A stretch of 64,000 nt of DNA from Candidatus Levyibacteriota bacterium (GCA_027459725.1 DAIDHK010000003.1:64931-128930); one strand, 5' to 3'. Counted from the first letter of the stretch, positions 20,401-28,641 are shown. Notes: a model not told the origin generated them from the letters alone. A program made the numbers and translations.

Positions 20401-20537
20401 TTAAATCGAAACAAGATAGTTTAAACGGAATATTAAAGCAAATTAGTACAATTGATAAACAAATTGACCTATCTATTTTTGATTTATACCACATAACACC
20501 AGAAGAAAAAGAGATTGTAGAATCAACGGAATCATGA
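17427..20537 (+). CDS. Type IIL/IIG restriction-modification enzyme, MmeI family (fused PD-ExK endonuclease, N6-adenine methyltransferase and target-recognition domain)
   Basis: N-terminal 'EPDGSLGW...AVIELKDAK' is a D-x(n)-E-x-K motif. 'FFEEILGY' and 'IIVSNFKEIRLYN' match the MmeI N-terminal pattern. Methyltransferase motif I is 'DPACGSGAF' and motif IV is 'IGNPPYV'. 1036 aa. Confidence 0.7.
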   Translation: MNLINKRLLAQKIESFEFPTGEKQVLSKKLINGWQKALKDSDLEKTKEKTVQGKFLNTFFEEILGYTDVTIGQNEWTLIQHPRIENDSMEPDGSLGWFTKDQKLTRAVIELKDAKTPLDKKQLSRVGKYTPIEQAYLYATKYEGCNWIIVSNFKEIRLYNKQKTQEYYEKFDVLDLNNESEFKRFYYLFSKENFLSKDKESTIDILAKDTTVEEQNITKKFYSEFKQIRLDLLNHLVNHNPTLSKDVLLEKTQKLLDRFIFTLVCEDTSSLLPLNIVKDTYERAINSFSPTDERVWTEFKGLFLAIDKGNSRVKPPINAYNGGLFAFDNVLDNLKIKDDIWEQLIELAKYDFETDLNVNILGHIFEQSISDLESIKETITLGLENGGSLLTEDGNKIEIGSKETTKEKVGKRKKDGIFYTPEYITRYIVENTVGKYLEEHPDKLETIKVLDPACGSGAFLNQAHSFLFKEHRNRYEAKINEKLERKENLTLFDYNPAEADRSILLNNLYGVDLNIESVDITKLALWLKTARRTEPLQSLDKNIKCGNSLIDDATIAGKHAFTWKNEFKDILESGGFDVIIGNPPYVFGREKFSEIEKTYYSQAYNSFEYQTNLFILFIEQAIRLLKSQGYLGFIIPNSLLKISSAKKLRKYLFEHGAVKNIINLYGVTFEDASVETVILIFQKNVEQSDVKILNVYEENDITLQKYKIVDGIKWKQNINSDFDVFININDEKILQKMHTHTHHLEVSFDVKAGLQAYEKGKGIPIQTAEDVINRPYDFQTKVDENTYPYLDGVNIVRYYQNGYAYWLRYGEQLAAPRTFDIFERPRLLVREITSNFPRAIIATYLDEIYLNNRSIINILSPQNDPKSLKALLAVLNSSLISYYFEKTNPKANRKMFPKIILQDLRKFPIPPINDKEKELLAEKVDIMIDLNKKFYKATYEAILFLKEEYSINKISSKLETFYMLGWNEFFQELEKSKIKLNITKKEELHSWFKSKQDSLNGILKQISTIDKQIDLSIFDLYHITPEEKEIVESTES

Positions 20538-21997
20538 TGAAAACAATAATAATAGCAAGAGTATCAACAGAAGAGCAGAAAGAAGCGAACAATTCTCTAC
20601 CCGCTCAGATTGCACGACTCAAAAAGTACAGTCAAAATAAAGGCTTTGAAATAATCAAAGAGTTTAGCTTTGATGAAAGTGCATATAAGACCCAGCGTAA
20701 TGATTTTGATAGTATTCTAGACTATGTAATCGAACAAAAAGATAAACTAGCTGTTTGCTTTGATAAGGTAGATAGACTATCCCGCAATATTTTTGATAAA
20801 CGCGTATCTATGCTCTATGAGAAGGCACTAAAAGACGAGATAGAGCTTCATTTTGTATCAGACGGACAAGTAATAAATAGTCAGCTATCCGCAGTAGAAA
20901 AATTTAATTTTAGTATCAGTCTTGGGCTTGCTAAATACTACTCTGATGCTATAAGCGATAACGTCAAACGAGCACAAGAACAAATGCTTCGAATGGGAAC
21001 TTATCCAAGTAGACCTTCATTTGGTTACAAGCGAGTACCCATAGGAAAAGATAAGACAGAAATTGTAATTGATGAATTTGCTTCTCGTATCGTTCAAAAA
21101 GCCTACGAATGGTACGCAACTGGTAGCTTTTCAATGGATTTACTACGCAAGAAGTTAAAAACAGAATACGGTGTTAATTGGTCACATGGCTGGACTGATA
21201 AAATCCTCAAAGATACATTTTATTGTGGAGTAATGAAATGGAATAAGAAGTTATACCCACATAAATATCAGCCAATTATTACTAAATCCCTATTCGACCA
21301 AGTACAGCTAATAAAAGTTGGGTTTAATAAAAAAAGATTTAAGTTTGCAGGTTTACCTTATATCTACAGAGGCTTACTACGTTGTGGGCATTGTGGACTA
21401 TCTGTAACACCTGAAAAGCACAAAGGGCTAGTCTATTACCATTGCACGCAATATAACGGCAAACATGGGGCTGAATGGCTACGGGAAGAAGATATAACTA
21501 ACCAGATAGGAAATGTCTTTAAGAATATGCGTGTGCCTGAATGGGTTATAGAACAAATCGTTGACGCATTACGGACAACGCATGAAAGTAAAATTGATTT
21601 TCGAGAGAAGCAATACAGCAAACTATCAGAAGAACACGAAATGTATAGTAAAAGACTAGAAAAACTATACCTTGATCGATTAGACGGGCGTATTACTGAT
21701 AATGAGTATGACAAATTTTATCAGTCCTTCCGTGAACAGATAGCAGATATTGATACTCGACTAAGTATGCTACAAGAAGCAGATGATAACTACTACATCA
21801 CGGCTAAATACCTGTTAGAACTGGCAAATAAAGCGTATGAATTGTTTGTAAGTTCGGAAGTTGAAGAAAGAAGGCAATTAATCAAGCTTGTACTATCGAA
21901 CCTTAGAGTAGAAGGTAAAATAGTCCGATATGACGCCCAAAAACCTTTTGATACGATACTAAATTTCGCTGATCATCAACGTTGGCTCCGCGACTAG
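20534..21997 (+). CDS. Large serine recombinase (integrase type)
   Basis: 'IARVSTEEQ' catalytic region, zinc-ribbon 'RCGHCG...YYHCTQY', coiled-coil C-terminus. Start overlaps the RM gene stop (ATGA). The stop TAG at 21995-21997 lies inside tRNA-Asn. Confidence 0.9.
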   Translation: MMKTIIIARVSTEEQKEANNSLPAQIARLKKYSQNKGFEIIKEFSFDESAYKTQRNDFDSILDYVIEQKDKLAVCFDKVDRLSRNIFDKRVSMLYEKALKDEIELHFVSDGQVINSQLSAVEKFNFSISLGLAKYYSDAISDNVKRAQEQMLRMGTYPSRPSFGYKRVPIGKDKTEIVIDEFASRIVQKAYEWYATGSFSMDLLRKKLKTEYGVNWSHGWTDKILKDTFYCGVMKWNKKLYPHKYQPIITKSLFDQVQLIKVGFNKKRFKFAGLPYIYRGLLRCGHCGLSVTPEKHKGLVYYHCTQYNGKHGAEWLREEDITNQIGNVFKNMRVPEWVIEQIVDALRTTHESKIDFREKQYSKLSEEHEMYSKRLEKLYLDRLDGRITDNEYDKFYQSFREQIADIDTRLSMLQEADDNYYITAKYLLELANKAYELFVSSEVEERRQLIKLVLSNLRVEGKIVRYDAQKPFDTILNFADHQRWLRD

Positions 21998-22057
21998 GAT
22001 TCGGACCTAGAACCTTGAAGTTAACAGCTTCCTGCTCTACCGTTGAGCTATCGCGGA
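21983..22057 (-). tRNA. tRNA-Asn (anticodon GTT), with encoded CCA
   Basis: Hand-folded cloverleaf. Acceptor UCCGCGA/UCGCGGA is a perfect 7 bp. D-arm is GCUC-AACGGUA-GAGC. Anticodon loop is CUGUUAA. T-arm is CUAGG-UCCGAAU-CCUAG. Discriminator is G, followed by CCA. Confidence 0.85.
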
Positions 22058-22130
22058 ATGTGACGATATTTTATCATCAAAGAGTGAGGAAATCCACCCC
22101 TGCATAGTTTAAGTTTAATATGAACAGTGG

Positions 22131-22496
22131 TCATTTCTTTGCTCTCAAAGCAAAAATGAAGCTAATCCAAAAATATAATAGAAGCAATTGCCAAAATATG
22201 ATAGAAAATAGGAGAGTTCCCAAAATGACAGAAATTATTTCACGGTGAATGCCAGCAGGAGAGACAAAAAGAGCTGTTACTCTGCCTGCCAGAAAAAGCA
22301 TAAGTAATCCTATGAGAGGAGAAAAAATTACCGGGAATAAGATTGGTCGTCTGGTTATTGTACGAGAAGAAATAAATGGATAAAAAGTTAATCCAAGCAG
22401 TGTTTTTGTCCAGACATAACTTACAAAAATAAGAAATACGTGTTTTCGCATAAGATTAGAATGGCCAATGGAGATGCACCAGGCCAAATCCTCCAA
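22131..22496 (-). CDS. Membrane protein, putative C-terminal part of an anti-sigma factor
   Basis: Three TM helices; overlaps 22456-22710 by 41 nt in another frame. Confidence 0.3.
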   Translation of the reverse strand: MEDLAWCISIGHSNLMRKHVFLIFVSYVWTKTLLGLTFYPFISSRTITRRPILFPVIFSPLIGLLMLFLAGRVTALFVSPAGIHREIISVILGTLLFSIIFWQLLLLYFWISFIFALRAKK

Positions 22497-22710
22497 ATAT
22501 TTTCAAAATATTGTCATCATAGGACTTACCCAGGGCAAATTGCAAAATTAAAGATAATAAGAAAGCCAAAGGAATAAGAAGACGATAAGGATTTTCTCCC
22601 AGTGATGTTGCCATCCATGAAAAAAGATCAGGAAAAGGAACACGCTTCATGATCTGTTCTTGCTCACGAGCGCGTTGTTGTAATCTATGCAGAAAATCAT
22701 GTTCGTTCAT
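22456..22710 (-). CDS. Putative anti-sigma factor N-terminal segment
   Basis: Immediately downstream of the ECF sigma gene and overlapping it; one TM helix. Confidence 0.35.
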   Translation of the reverse strand: MNEHDFLHRLQQRAREQEQIMKRVPFPDLFSWMATSLGENPYRLLIPLAFLLSLILQFALGKSYDDNILKIFGGFGLVHLHWPF

Positions 22711-23230
22711 AGTATTTAATAAACTGCTGTCTGGCTCTATAGAGCAGCGATTCTGTTGCTTTATATGATAAATCTAATTCAATAGCGAGCCTTTTGACTG
22801 GAATATGCTCTTCATAGTGCTGTCTAAGAACTTGTTGATGTTTTGCTGACAAACAACTTAGAGCTGTCTCAATACTATCTTGTAGTTTATTTTTTTCAAA
22901 TTGAAAGTCAGGGCTATAAATTTCTTCTGCTACTAATTCTAATAGTGGTATTTGGGATAATAAGAAGACTTTAATTTTCCTTTTACGGTAGAAGTCAGCT
23001 ACTTTATTATGAGCAATTTTAAATAACCATGCCGTGAGTTTGTTTTCATCTTTGAGCATAATAATCGAATCAATAGCTTCAAAAAAAATGTCATCCAGGA
23101 TTTCTTGTGCGTCTTCTTCCCGCCCAAGCTTAGTTCGTAAGAAGCGAGCAATTTTAGGGGAATAGGTTTTATGGAAAGACTCAATTGCCTGAGAGTCTCC
23201 TTGTTTTAGCTTCTTGATTATTGAACTCAT
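22697..23230 (-). CDS. ECF-subfamily RNA polymerase sigma-70 factor
   Basis: Region 2 'DIFFEAIDSI...AWLFKIAHNKVADFYRKR' and region 4 'LSAKHQQVLRQHYEEHIPVKRLAIELDLSYKATESLLYRARQ'. Confidence 0.8.
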   Translation of the reverse strand: MSSIIKKLKQGDSQAIESFHKTYSPKIARFLRTKLGREEDAQEILDDIFFEAIDSIIMLKDENKLTAWLFKIAHNKVADFYRKRKIKVFLLSQIPLLELVAEEIYSPDFQFEKNKLQDSIETALSCLSAKHQQVLRQHYEEHIPVKRLAIELDLSYKATESLLYRARQQFIKYYERT

Positions 23231-23306
23231 AATGTGCGTAGTATAACAAAGATTTACAAATAATTATTGTAGAGTAACAGTTAATTTTAAATCTTAGTCG
23301 TAAATA

Positions 23307-24596
23307 TTGAGCAATAAATGGTATCGTGTTTTTATTGTCATCAATAACGTTGAGGTCTATACTGGATATAGCTACATTATTAAACTAATGAGTACTATTT
23401 TCAATATAATAAAAACAAAAAAGTTAATTTTTATAATCTTAGTAGTTTTTGTTATCTTTTTCTTACTGCGTTACTTTTTGTTGAGTCCAAACAGCACAGA
23501 CTTGGTATATAAAGTTACCCGGGAAAACTTGGTCGACAGCGTACAGGTAAGTGGAACATATGAAACGGCTGCTCAGACTTCAGTAACTTCTCCCACCAAT
23601 GGAATACTTGATAAAATTTATGTCAAAAATGGTGACATAGTTCAAAGGGGAGCTCCCTTATTTCATGTAGAGAGTAGCGCAACAGATGCTCAAAAAAAAT
23701 CAGCTTATGCTGACTATATGACAGCAAACAGCCAACTGCAGGCTGACAAATCTGCTCTTTATGCCTTACAATCTAGTATGTATTCAGCTTGGAAAACTTA
23801 CACCGATTTAGCTACAAATACTACTTATGAAAATGCAGACGGCAGTCCCAATACAACCAATCGGAGTTTACCGCAATTTACTACAGTACAGGATAATTGG
23901 TTAGCAGCTGAGGACAACTATAAGAATCAGCAGAATGTAATAGCTAAGGATCAGGCCGCTCTAGATTCAGCCCAACAGAATTATGCCCAAACACAAAGTG
24001 TTACGGTTAATGCACCTGTAACCGGTACGGTTGAAAATTTGTTGTCTACCAATGGTGATCAGGTAACTGCAGACAACACTTCTGTAGTTATTTCTGCAAA
24101 TACGGCTGGACAGTCTGCTGTGTCTGCTTCTGTAGCAAGTCCAATACTGGTGATTAGTAATATGGCCAATCCATATATTACTGCAGATATCAGCGAGGAC
24201 TACGCGGCTAGTATTGAAGCTGGACAGAGAGTCTCTATTGTTTTTGATGCTTTGAAAAATAAGACTTTTAGCGGTCATGTGGAAGCTGTGAATACAATCG
24301 GAACAACCGTCGGCGGAGTGGTGGATTATACAGCACGGATTTATGTAAATAATCTTTCCAGCAATATTAAACCGGGTATGACAGCTCTCATTACCATTGA
24401 AACTTTGAGAATAGATCATGTGTTAGATGTTCCCAATAGCGCCCTAATAAACAAAGGTAGTTTATATTTTGTAGAGTTAGCGCAAACACATAAATTAGTT
24501 CCGGTTGAAATAGGTACGAGGGGAGTATCCAAAACTGAAATAAAAAATGGTTTGCCTGTCAATACACTCATTCTTGCCAATCCAGGTGTAAATTAA
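23307..24596 (+). CDS. HlyD-family efflux periplasmic adaptor (MacA-like)
   Basis: N-terminal TM helix and coiled-coil region, then beta-barrel/lipoyl-like segments; paralog of 57943-59235. Confidence 0.75.
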   Translation: MSNKWYRVFIVINNVEVYTGYSYIIKLMSTIFNIIKTKKLIFIILVVFVIFFLLRYFLLSPNSTDLVYKVTRENLVDSVQVSGTYETAAQTSVTSPTNGILDKIYVKNGDIVQRGAPLFHVESSATDAQKKSAYADYMTANSQLQADKSALYALQSSMYSAWKTYTDLATNTTYENADGSPNTTNRSLPQFTTVQDNWLAAEDNYKNQQNVIAKDQAALDSAQQNYAQTQSVTVNAPVTGTVENLLSTNGDQVTADNTSVVISANTAGQSAVSASVASPILVISNMANPYITADISEDYAASIEAGQRVSIVFDALKNKTFSGHVEAVNTIGTTVGGVVDYTARIYVNNLSSNIKPGMTALITIETLRIDHVLDVPNSALINKGSLYFVELAQTHKLVPVEIGTRGVSKTEIKNGLPVNTLILANPGVN

Positions 24597-24597
24597 T

Positions 24598-25869
24598 ATG
24601 ATGTGGAAAGAAAATTCTCTCTATGTTGGATTTTTTCTGGCTCTTCGTGAGATAAAACGTACCAGTTTTTGGACGACTGCCTTAATTATCTTTGTCATGA
24701 TGATGACATTTTTTAACATGAACTTAGTTGGGGGTGTACTACTGGGGATTGCGCATGGAGTGATTGGATCATATAAACAGTATTATTCCGGTGACATCAT
24801 TATTACTCCAGCGACAGATAAAAGTAACATTGAGGACACCAATACGATCGTAGAAGTTATAAAAAGTATACCGACGTTTCAAAGCCTAACAGTACGTTAC
24901 ACGGCACCTGCTCTTGTTGAGTATGGTTATCAGAATAAGCTAAAACCAACTGATTTGTCAGAAAGTGCGGATGCTACTTTAACTGGTATTGATCCGCAAG
25001 CAGAAAATAATGTAACCAACTTATCCAAAGCGATTGTGGCAGGCTCATATCTGTCTCCTTCAGATGTTGATGAAGTTTTGGTTGGAGCTAGTTTAATAAA
25101 GAAGTATGCTTCCTTACGCGGATCAGTTACTACTTTGGGGGCCAAGATTCTTCGAACTCCTGATATTGGATCGAAAATCAGAATTACGGTTGATGGTGCT
25201 CAAAAAGAAGTGTTTATCAAAGGCATTGTTTCCACACAGGGTACAAATATTGATACGCGTATTTTTATGAATTCCACAGCCATGCGAGAGCTAATAGGTA
25301 ATACTAATCTTGATTCTGGGGAGATAGCAGTTAAGTTACTTCCCACTGCATCTGAGGAACAAGCAAAAGCATATTTAGAGAATAACCTTAAGAACAACAA
25401 AGATATTTTAATTCAGACTGCTAAAGATGCACTTCCAGGTGGAGTGAGCGATGTTATAAATACTTTCACTATTTTGGGAAATGTAGTGGGTGGCATTGCG
25501 CTCATCGTTGGTGCTGTCACTATCTTTATTGTTATTTTTGTTAATGCAGTGACGAGAAGAAAATACATTGGGATTCTCAAAGGTATCGGTATCTCGGCAC
25601 TGGCAATAGAATTTTCTTATATTCTGCAAGCGATATTTTATGCATTCTCAGGTATCGTAATTGCCAGTATCCTGATTCAATGGTTGTTTGTGCCATATTT
25701 TGCCCTACATCCAATTAGCTATCCTATTGCTAACGGTTCACTGGCTATTACTTCTTCCGATTTACTGTTTCATGGTGGGTTATTGCTAATAACGTCCTTG
25801 CTGTCTGGGTTTATCCCGGCTTGGTTGGTTACTAGGCAAAATACATTAGATGCTATATTGGGGAGATGA
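24598..25869 (+). CDS. ABC transporter permease, FtsX/MacB type
   Basis: N-terminal TM helix, large periplasmic domain and a C-terminal 3-TM FtsX domain. Confidence 0.75.
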   Translation: MMWKENSLYVGFFLALREIKRTSFWTTALIIFVMMMTFFNMNLVGGVLLGIAHGVIGSYKQYYSGDIIITPATDKSNIEDTNTIVEVIKSIPTFQSLTVRYTAPALVEYGYQNKLKPTDLSESADATLTGIDPQAENNVTNLSKAIVAGSYLSPSDVDEVLVGASLIKKYASLRGSVTTLGAKILRTPDIGSKIRITVDGAQKEVFIKGIVSTQGTNIDTRIFMNSTAMRELIGNTNLDSGEIAVKLLPTASEEQAKAYLENNLKNNKDILIQTAKDALPGGVSDVINTFTILGNVVGGIALIVGAVTIFIVIFVNAVTRRKYIGILKGIGISALAIEFSYILQAIFYAFSGIVIASILIQWLFVPYFALHPISYPIANGSLAITSSDLLFHGGLLLITSLLSGFIPAWLVTRQNTLDAILGR

Positions 25870-25870
25870 T

Positions 25871-26560
25871 ATGATTCACATTGAAAATTTAACTAAAAAA
25901 TTTTATATGGGAGATACAGAGCTCATTGCCCTTAAAGGTTTGAGTTTTGATGTTCCTACCGGACAATTTATATCTATAACCGGTCGTTCAGGTGCGGGTA
26001 AAAGTACCTTATTATATAATATGAGTCTACTGGACAAACCGACTTGTGGAAGTGTGACGATTGATGAACAAGTAGTTACCGAGATTGATGATCAAAAAAG
26101 GGTAGCTTATCGTTTGAACAATTTTGGTTTCATTTTTCAGGAATATGCTCTGATTCCTACCTTAACTTCAATTGAAAATGTGATGTTACCTCTTCTTATG
26201 CAGGGGGTGAAACGAAAAGAGCTGGAATTAGAAGCACTGCAAGCTTTGCAAAAAGTTGGTTTGATAGACAAATTAAAAAATCTCCCAAGTCAGCTTTCAG
26301 GTGGACAACAGCAAAGAGTTGCTATCGCCAGGGCGATTGCACACAATCCTAAAATAATCTTTGCCGACGAGCCGACGGCAAATCTGGATACCATTTCTTC
26401 ACAGGAAGTATTAGATATTTTTATAAAACTCAATAAAAACGGACAAACAATTATCATGGTTACTCACGAGCCTGAGTATGCGAGACTTGCTCATAGAACA
26501 ATTGAATTGTCTGATGGTCTGATTATATTAGACAAGTTAAACAGTGTTAAGAAGCGGTAA
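25871..26560 (+). CDS. ABC transporter ATP-binding protein (MacB/LolD-like)
   Basis: Walker A 'GRSGAGKST', signature 'LSGGQQQRVAIARA', Walker B 'IIFADEPT'. Start placed at the internal Met just after the permease stop. Confidence 0.9.
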   Translation: MIHIENLTKKFYMGDTELIALKGLSFDVPTGQFISITGRSGAGKSTLLYNMSLLDKPTCGSVTIDEQVVTEIDDQKRVAYRLNNFGFIFQEYALIPTLTSIENVMLPLLMQGVKRKELELEALQALQKVGLIDKLKNLPSQLSGGQQQRVAIARAIAHNPKIIFADEPTANLDTISSQEVLDIFIKLNKNGQTIIMVTHEPEYARLAHRTIELSDGLIILDKLNSVKKR

Positions 26561-26611
26561 TTTTTGTGATGTTTATTTCTGTAGATATAAAAAATTTGTT
26601 GAACTTTTTTC

Positions 26612-26640
26612 TTGACTGGGGCAATTCTGTTTTTTATAAT
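26612..26640 (+). promoter_or_regulatory. Near-consensus sigma70 promoter TTGACT-N17-TATAAT; the predicted start site is ~3 nt before the ATG at 26651, implying a leaderless mRNA
   Basis: Read directly: -35 at 26612-26617, -10 at 26635-26640. Confidence 0.4.
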
Positions 26641-26650
26641 GCTTTAAAGT

Positions 26651-27121
26651 ATGAGTAATCGTGAGGTAGATTTAGAAACAGTTCATTATAATTCTGATGC
26701 AATGTCACATGCCATGGGGCAGTTAATTTATAACTTCGGAGAATACTCAGGATTAGTTGGTAAAGACGTTTGGTTCGGACTTACAGCTAAATTAGGTAAA
26801 GTAATTCGCGAAGAGCTTCCACAAACGGTGACTTGGCGAACAAGAGCTTTAGATATCGTCTTTACAGGTTTTCCTCTGCCTATCTTAAGGCCATATAACG
26901 GTAGGTTGGTTTTTGCAGCCAAAGCTCCACGTGTGATCTTTGCTCCAAGAGTGGAGGAAATATCTCCTTCCAGAAGAAATCATATATACAGAGTTACAAA
27001 AGCTATCTCAGAGGAAATGGCAGAAATTTATCGATTAAAGATAGATGATAACACACTTATTTTCCCTAAGAGTATATATGCAAAAGAGTGGAATTCCCAG
27101 AAAGGAATGATGCTAGTTTGA
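26651..27121 (+). CDS. Hypothetical protein
   Basis: 156-aa ORF directly downstream of the promoter. Confidence 0.45.
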   Translation: MSNREVDLETVHYNSDAMSHAMGQLIYNFGEYSGLVGKDVWFGLTAKLGKVIREELPQTVTWRTRALDIVFTGFPLPILRPYNGRLVFAAKAPRVIFAPRVEEISPSRRNHIYRVTKAISEEMAEIYRLKIDDNTLIFPKSIYAKEWNSQKGMMLV

Positions 27122-27146
27122 TAACTGTTCCTAAATTTTAAACAGA

Positions 27147-27626
27147 TTAATGAAGAACTAACTGCAATTTATTTACTTTCCAGAACAGATAGGCATTTCT
27201 AGTAACGAGCAGCATAAACACAGGTAATAAAATTTCCACCTGGCTAATGTTTTGCGTTTTTGTTTCTCCTAACATAACAGCGATAACTCCTTTAATTATA
27301 AAAGCTGCTAACCACCATAAAAAATAGGTCCAGTTGCCTTTGGCCATGGCTTTACCGCTTGGACCTTTATATACATGCAGTTGTCTACAAGCAAGCAAGC
27401 CTAGAATAGTGCTGACAATTGCAGAAATTACAATATCTATTAATTTAGCCTGGTCTGGATGAAAACCGGGTAAAGATTGCAAAATTATATAAAGGATAAT
27501 GATTGGGAAAATAATTAAAGCGCGTCTACTGAGTTTACGTGGGCGAAGCTGGCGATAGATTAAGAAAGCAATGAATATTATTACTAATAATAAGGAAATA
27601 AAGGGGTTTTGCCAGAGAGAACTCAT
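27147..27626 (-). CDS. Hypothetical polytopic membrane protein
   Basis: Four or five TM helices. Confidence 0.45.
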   Translation of the reverse strand: MSSLWQNPFISLLLVIIFIAFLIYRQLRPRKLSRRALIIFPIIILYIILQSLPGFHPDQAKLIDIVISAIVSTILGLLACRQLHVYKGPSGKAMAKGNWTYFLWWLAAFIIKGVIAVMLGETKTQNISQVEILLPVFMLLVTRNAYLFWKVNKLQLVLH

Positions 27627-27816
27627 ACAAATAGTAGTTTATAAAAGATAAAATGGCAAAGCAAGCTGAGATATTTTCTCCTCGCGTTAGTAGATAGATT
27701 AAATAACAGAGCTGTCAGGCAATATTTATGGTAAAAAGTTAGAAGAGATGAAGCTGCTATCTCTATTCGATAGTGAGGTAGAATCTTTTAAAAGTTACCG
27801 AAAAATTAATCTATGT

Positions 27817-28140
27817 TTATTGCATCTTTTTGGTTCTTTCTTTACTATAGAATATGGCATCACTAAAGAATGGTCGGATTCTTATCAAGTCATCTTCGCC
27901 GCTAATTTCTGTTTGAGACCAGGTTTGTCCGAAGCCAAATTTATTAAATCCATTTTCCAAAGAATCAATAAGCTTGTGCGGAGATAAAATTAAAAATATA
28001 AGTAAAATGTTATCATCAATTACTTTGTATCCGCCGATCATTCTTTTGCCAACAAAAATACATTTCCAGCCGAAAGAATGAGAAGTACGCAGATATGCAA
28101 GATCTCTAAGATAGTCAAGGAGAATTTCTTCCAGTGTCAT
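27817..28140 (-). CDS. Hypothetical protein, weakly TfoX-N-like
   Basis: 'KRMIGGYKVIDDNILLIFL' loosely resembles a TfoX N-terminal domain; preferred over the overlapping plus-strand ORF. Confidence 0.3.
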   Translation of the reverse strand: MTLEEILLDYLRDLAYLRTSHSFGWKCIFVGKRMIGGYKVIDDNILLIFLILSPHKLIDSLENGFNKFGFGQTWSQTEISGEDDLIRIRPFFSDAIFYSKERTKKMQ

Positions 28141-28280
28141 ATGCGGTCTATTCTAACAGAAGTTTAATAGAGTTAGGCAAGATGCTGAGATTTTTTGTTT
28201 ATCCTAATCATGAGGATTGAAGCTAATAAAAAGAGAATTCGTGCATCCATATCATCTTCTAAATCGGTAACGGCTGTTCT

Positions 28281-28544
28281 TTATAAAAATATAACAGCGA
28301 AAAGTTTAAGTAGTAGGGAAATAATCACAAATATGGCAGGTAGGACTGATCTACTATACATATTCTCGCCCTTAAGATACCAGCCAACAGCGGTTAAACT
28401 CAGTATAAATAAAACTGCCTCACCTAGTTTATGTAACCACCCATCTTGGATAAAAAATTCAGGAAATAAAGCAAATCCTGATAGAGCAACGAGAGATACT
28501 CCAACTAAATTAATGCCTCTGTTTATCTCTTCTTTCACACTCAT
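28281..28544 (-). CDS. Small membrane protein
   Basis: Two TM helices; preferred over the overlapping plus-strand ORF, which has poor protein-like composition. Confidence 0.3.
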   Translation of the reverse strand: MSVKEEINRGINLVGVSLVALSGFALFPEFFIQDGWLHKLGEAVLFILSLTAVGWYLKGENMYSRSVLPAIFVIISLLLKLFAVIFL

Positions 28545-28641
28545 AAGTCTAACTTAAATTAAGTGTAAACCTGAGTTAAGCTCAATATCAAAATCACAAA
28601 ATAGCATAAAATTATTGTGTTTTTATGCCGGAGGATGATAT

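Noticed and set aside
23231-23306. Possible ECF-sigma-type promoter (AAC...CGTA) between the ECF sigma gene and the HlyD gene
   Set aside because: The AAC-to-CGT spacing is ~20 nt, too long for known ECF consensus spacing
27748-27987. 79-aa plus-strand ORF
   Set aside because: Overlaps the better-supported minus-strand ORF 27817-28140
28195-28557. 120-aa plus-strand ORF
   Set aside because: Antisense to a plausible two-TM small membrane protein. Poor protein-like composition
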